A DNA stretch of 64,000 bases from Patellaria atrata CBS 101060 (Eukaryota). The translations under genes were made by a program, and so were the position numbers. The notes under the pieces were generated by a model, which was given only the letters and a program-made list of their open reading frames with translations, was not told the origin of the DNA and made no database searches. Shown here piece after piece: positions 62,984 through 64,000 of this stretch; position 1 is the first letter of the stretch, and the number at the start of each line of letters is the position of its first letter. Location: contig MU006095.1 of the NCBI GenBank assembly GCA_010093705.1, positions 558,001-622,000 of the forward strand. Direction: 5' to 3'.

Positions 62984-63639
62984 TCAATTACCCTAGGTAT
63001 GGATATACCTTGTCAGACTAGCTCTTTGTCTTGTCACCGCGGCTTGAAAGCAGCACCTTAAAATCAACTCTCGAGATTAGACGTACCACTTTCGTTCTTA
63101 TTCGAATCATGGCTTATACAGGCGCAAGTTAGAGCGGATTGATCGATTGGCAAGCATGACGAAGTAACTCCAGAAACCACCGTGCCCCCGTGGCCGATCA
63201 TCTGGTGCCCCGTAGTCCTTATTCGTTAGCAAAAAATACGGAGCGCAGAACGGTCAGCTAGAGGATGGCCATTTTGTGCGTGGAATGTCCTACTAAAGAG
63301 TATAGTAAAACCTCCCGAGTCACCAGACTGAGAAGGTTGGAATGCAAACTGAAAACGCCCTATACTTTTAGCAAAAGAAATCGTAATCATCATTTTAATC
63401 TATGAGTGAGAACAATTTGTATACCGCCCAACCCATCTCTTCGAGGTCTTCCCTGTGGATGAGCATGATGGATCCATGTTTCTAAGAATACGGAGCCAAG
63501 GCTTTGTCATCTAGATCATTAGATTTGTCGGAGGGGTCATATCCCCGGTTACAGAATGAATCTTAAAAGATTTCTTAGATGTCGGCTATTCCTAGTCGAG
63601 GAATGCTCCCTTCTTATCTGCGCCGGTTATCTTGTTGCG

Positions 63640-63900
63640 CTATGAGATATCTGCATGACAACCACATCCGTCGCCACGACATCAAACCTCAGGTCCAACA
63701 AGAAGAGCAAAATCGTTAATAGAGCTGAACTAATACCCGAATGCACCTGTTAACGGGGATTAAGTTTACCTCACCAACTTCGGCATTGGTTGTGACTGGA
63801 CGAGCTTCGGGCAGAGCGGATTCACTAAGCGCATCAAGAAATACTTCCTCCGATGTCTGGTCCCAAGCGTGCTTATTCTTAGAGATTATGCTCCGTTTTA
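63640..63900 (+). pseudogene. Degenerate Ser/Thr protein kinase fragment
   Basis: YLHDNHIRRHDIKPQ (catalytic loop), VNGD*VYLTNFGIG (DFG changed to NFG, with a stop) and SSDVWSQACLFLEI (subdomain IX), spread over shifted frames. Confidence 0.7.
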
Positions 63901-64000
63901 CTCCACTTAGAAGTACACCAGCAGTATTGCTCTACATGAATATAAACGAATAGCTCAAGGGAATTGTAAGTCTGAAATTCAATCACAATTATATACCACA

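Overview
Eukaryotic DNA from a filamentous ascomycete (inferred from short GT-AG introns with CTRAY branch sites and the gene content). The left two thirds is gene-dense. It holds a very large low-complexity gene or gene pair (402-11424), three secreted or surface proteins (two Ser/Thr-rich), an F-box-like gene with an internal stop, palI/RIM9, ATG29, a cytochrome P450, an FSH1-type serine hydrolase, RPN5, a coiled-coil protein, a stand-alone RNase H, an S10 carboxypeptidase, a fructosamine-3-kinase and a BBE-like FAD oxidoreductase. The right end (about 51-64 kb) is mostly decayed genes (XPG/GEN1-like nuclease, LRR-like relic, protein kinase relic) around one intact MFS transporter. Best leads: (1) a probable non-AUG (UUG) start with about 690 nt free of AUG in the coiled-coil gene; (2) an in-frame intron that can fuse the two giant ORFs into a 3540-aa isoform; (3) an intact LINE-type RNase H with no retroelement around it; (4) a nested-hairpin element next to an A18 tract. 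All calls are by eye; no database searches were run.
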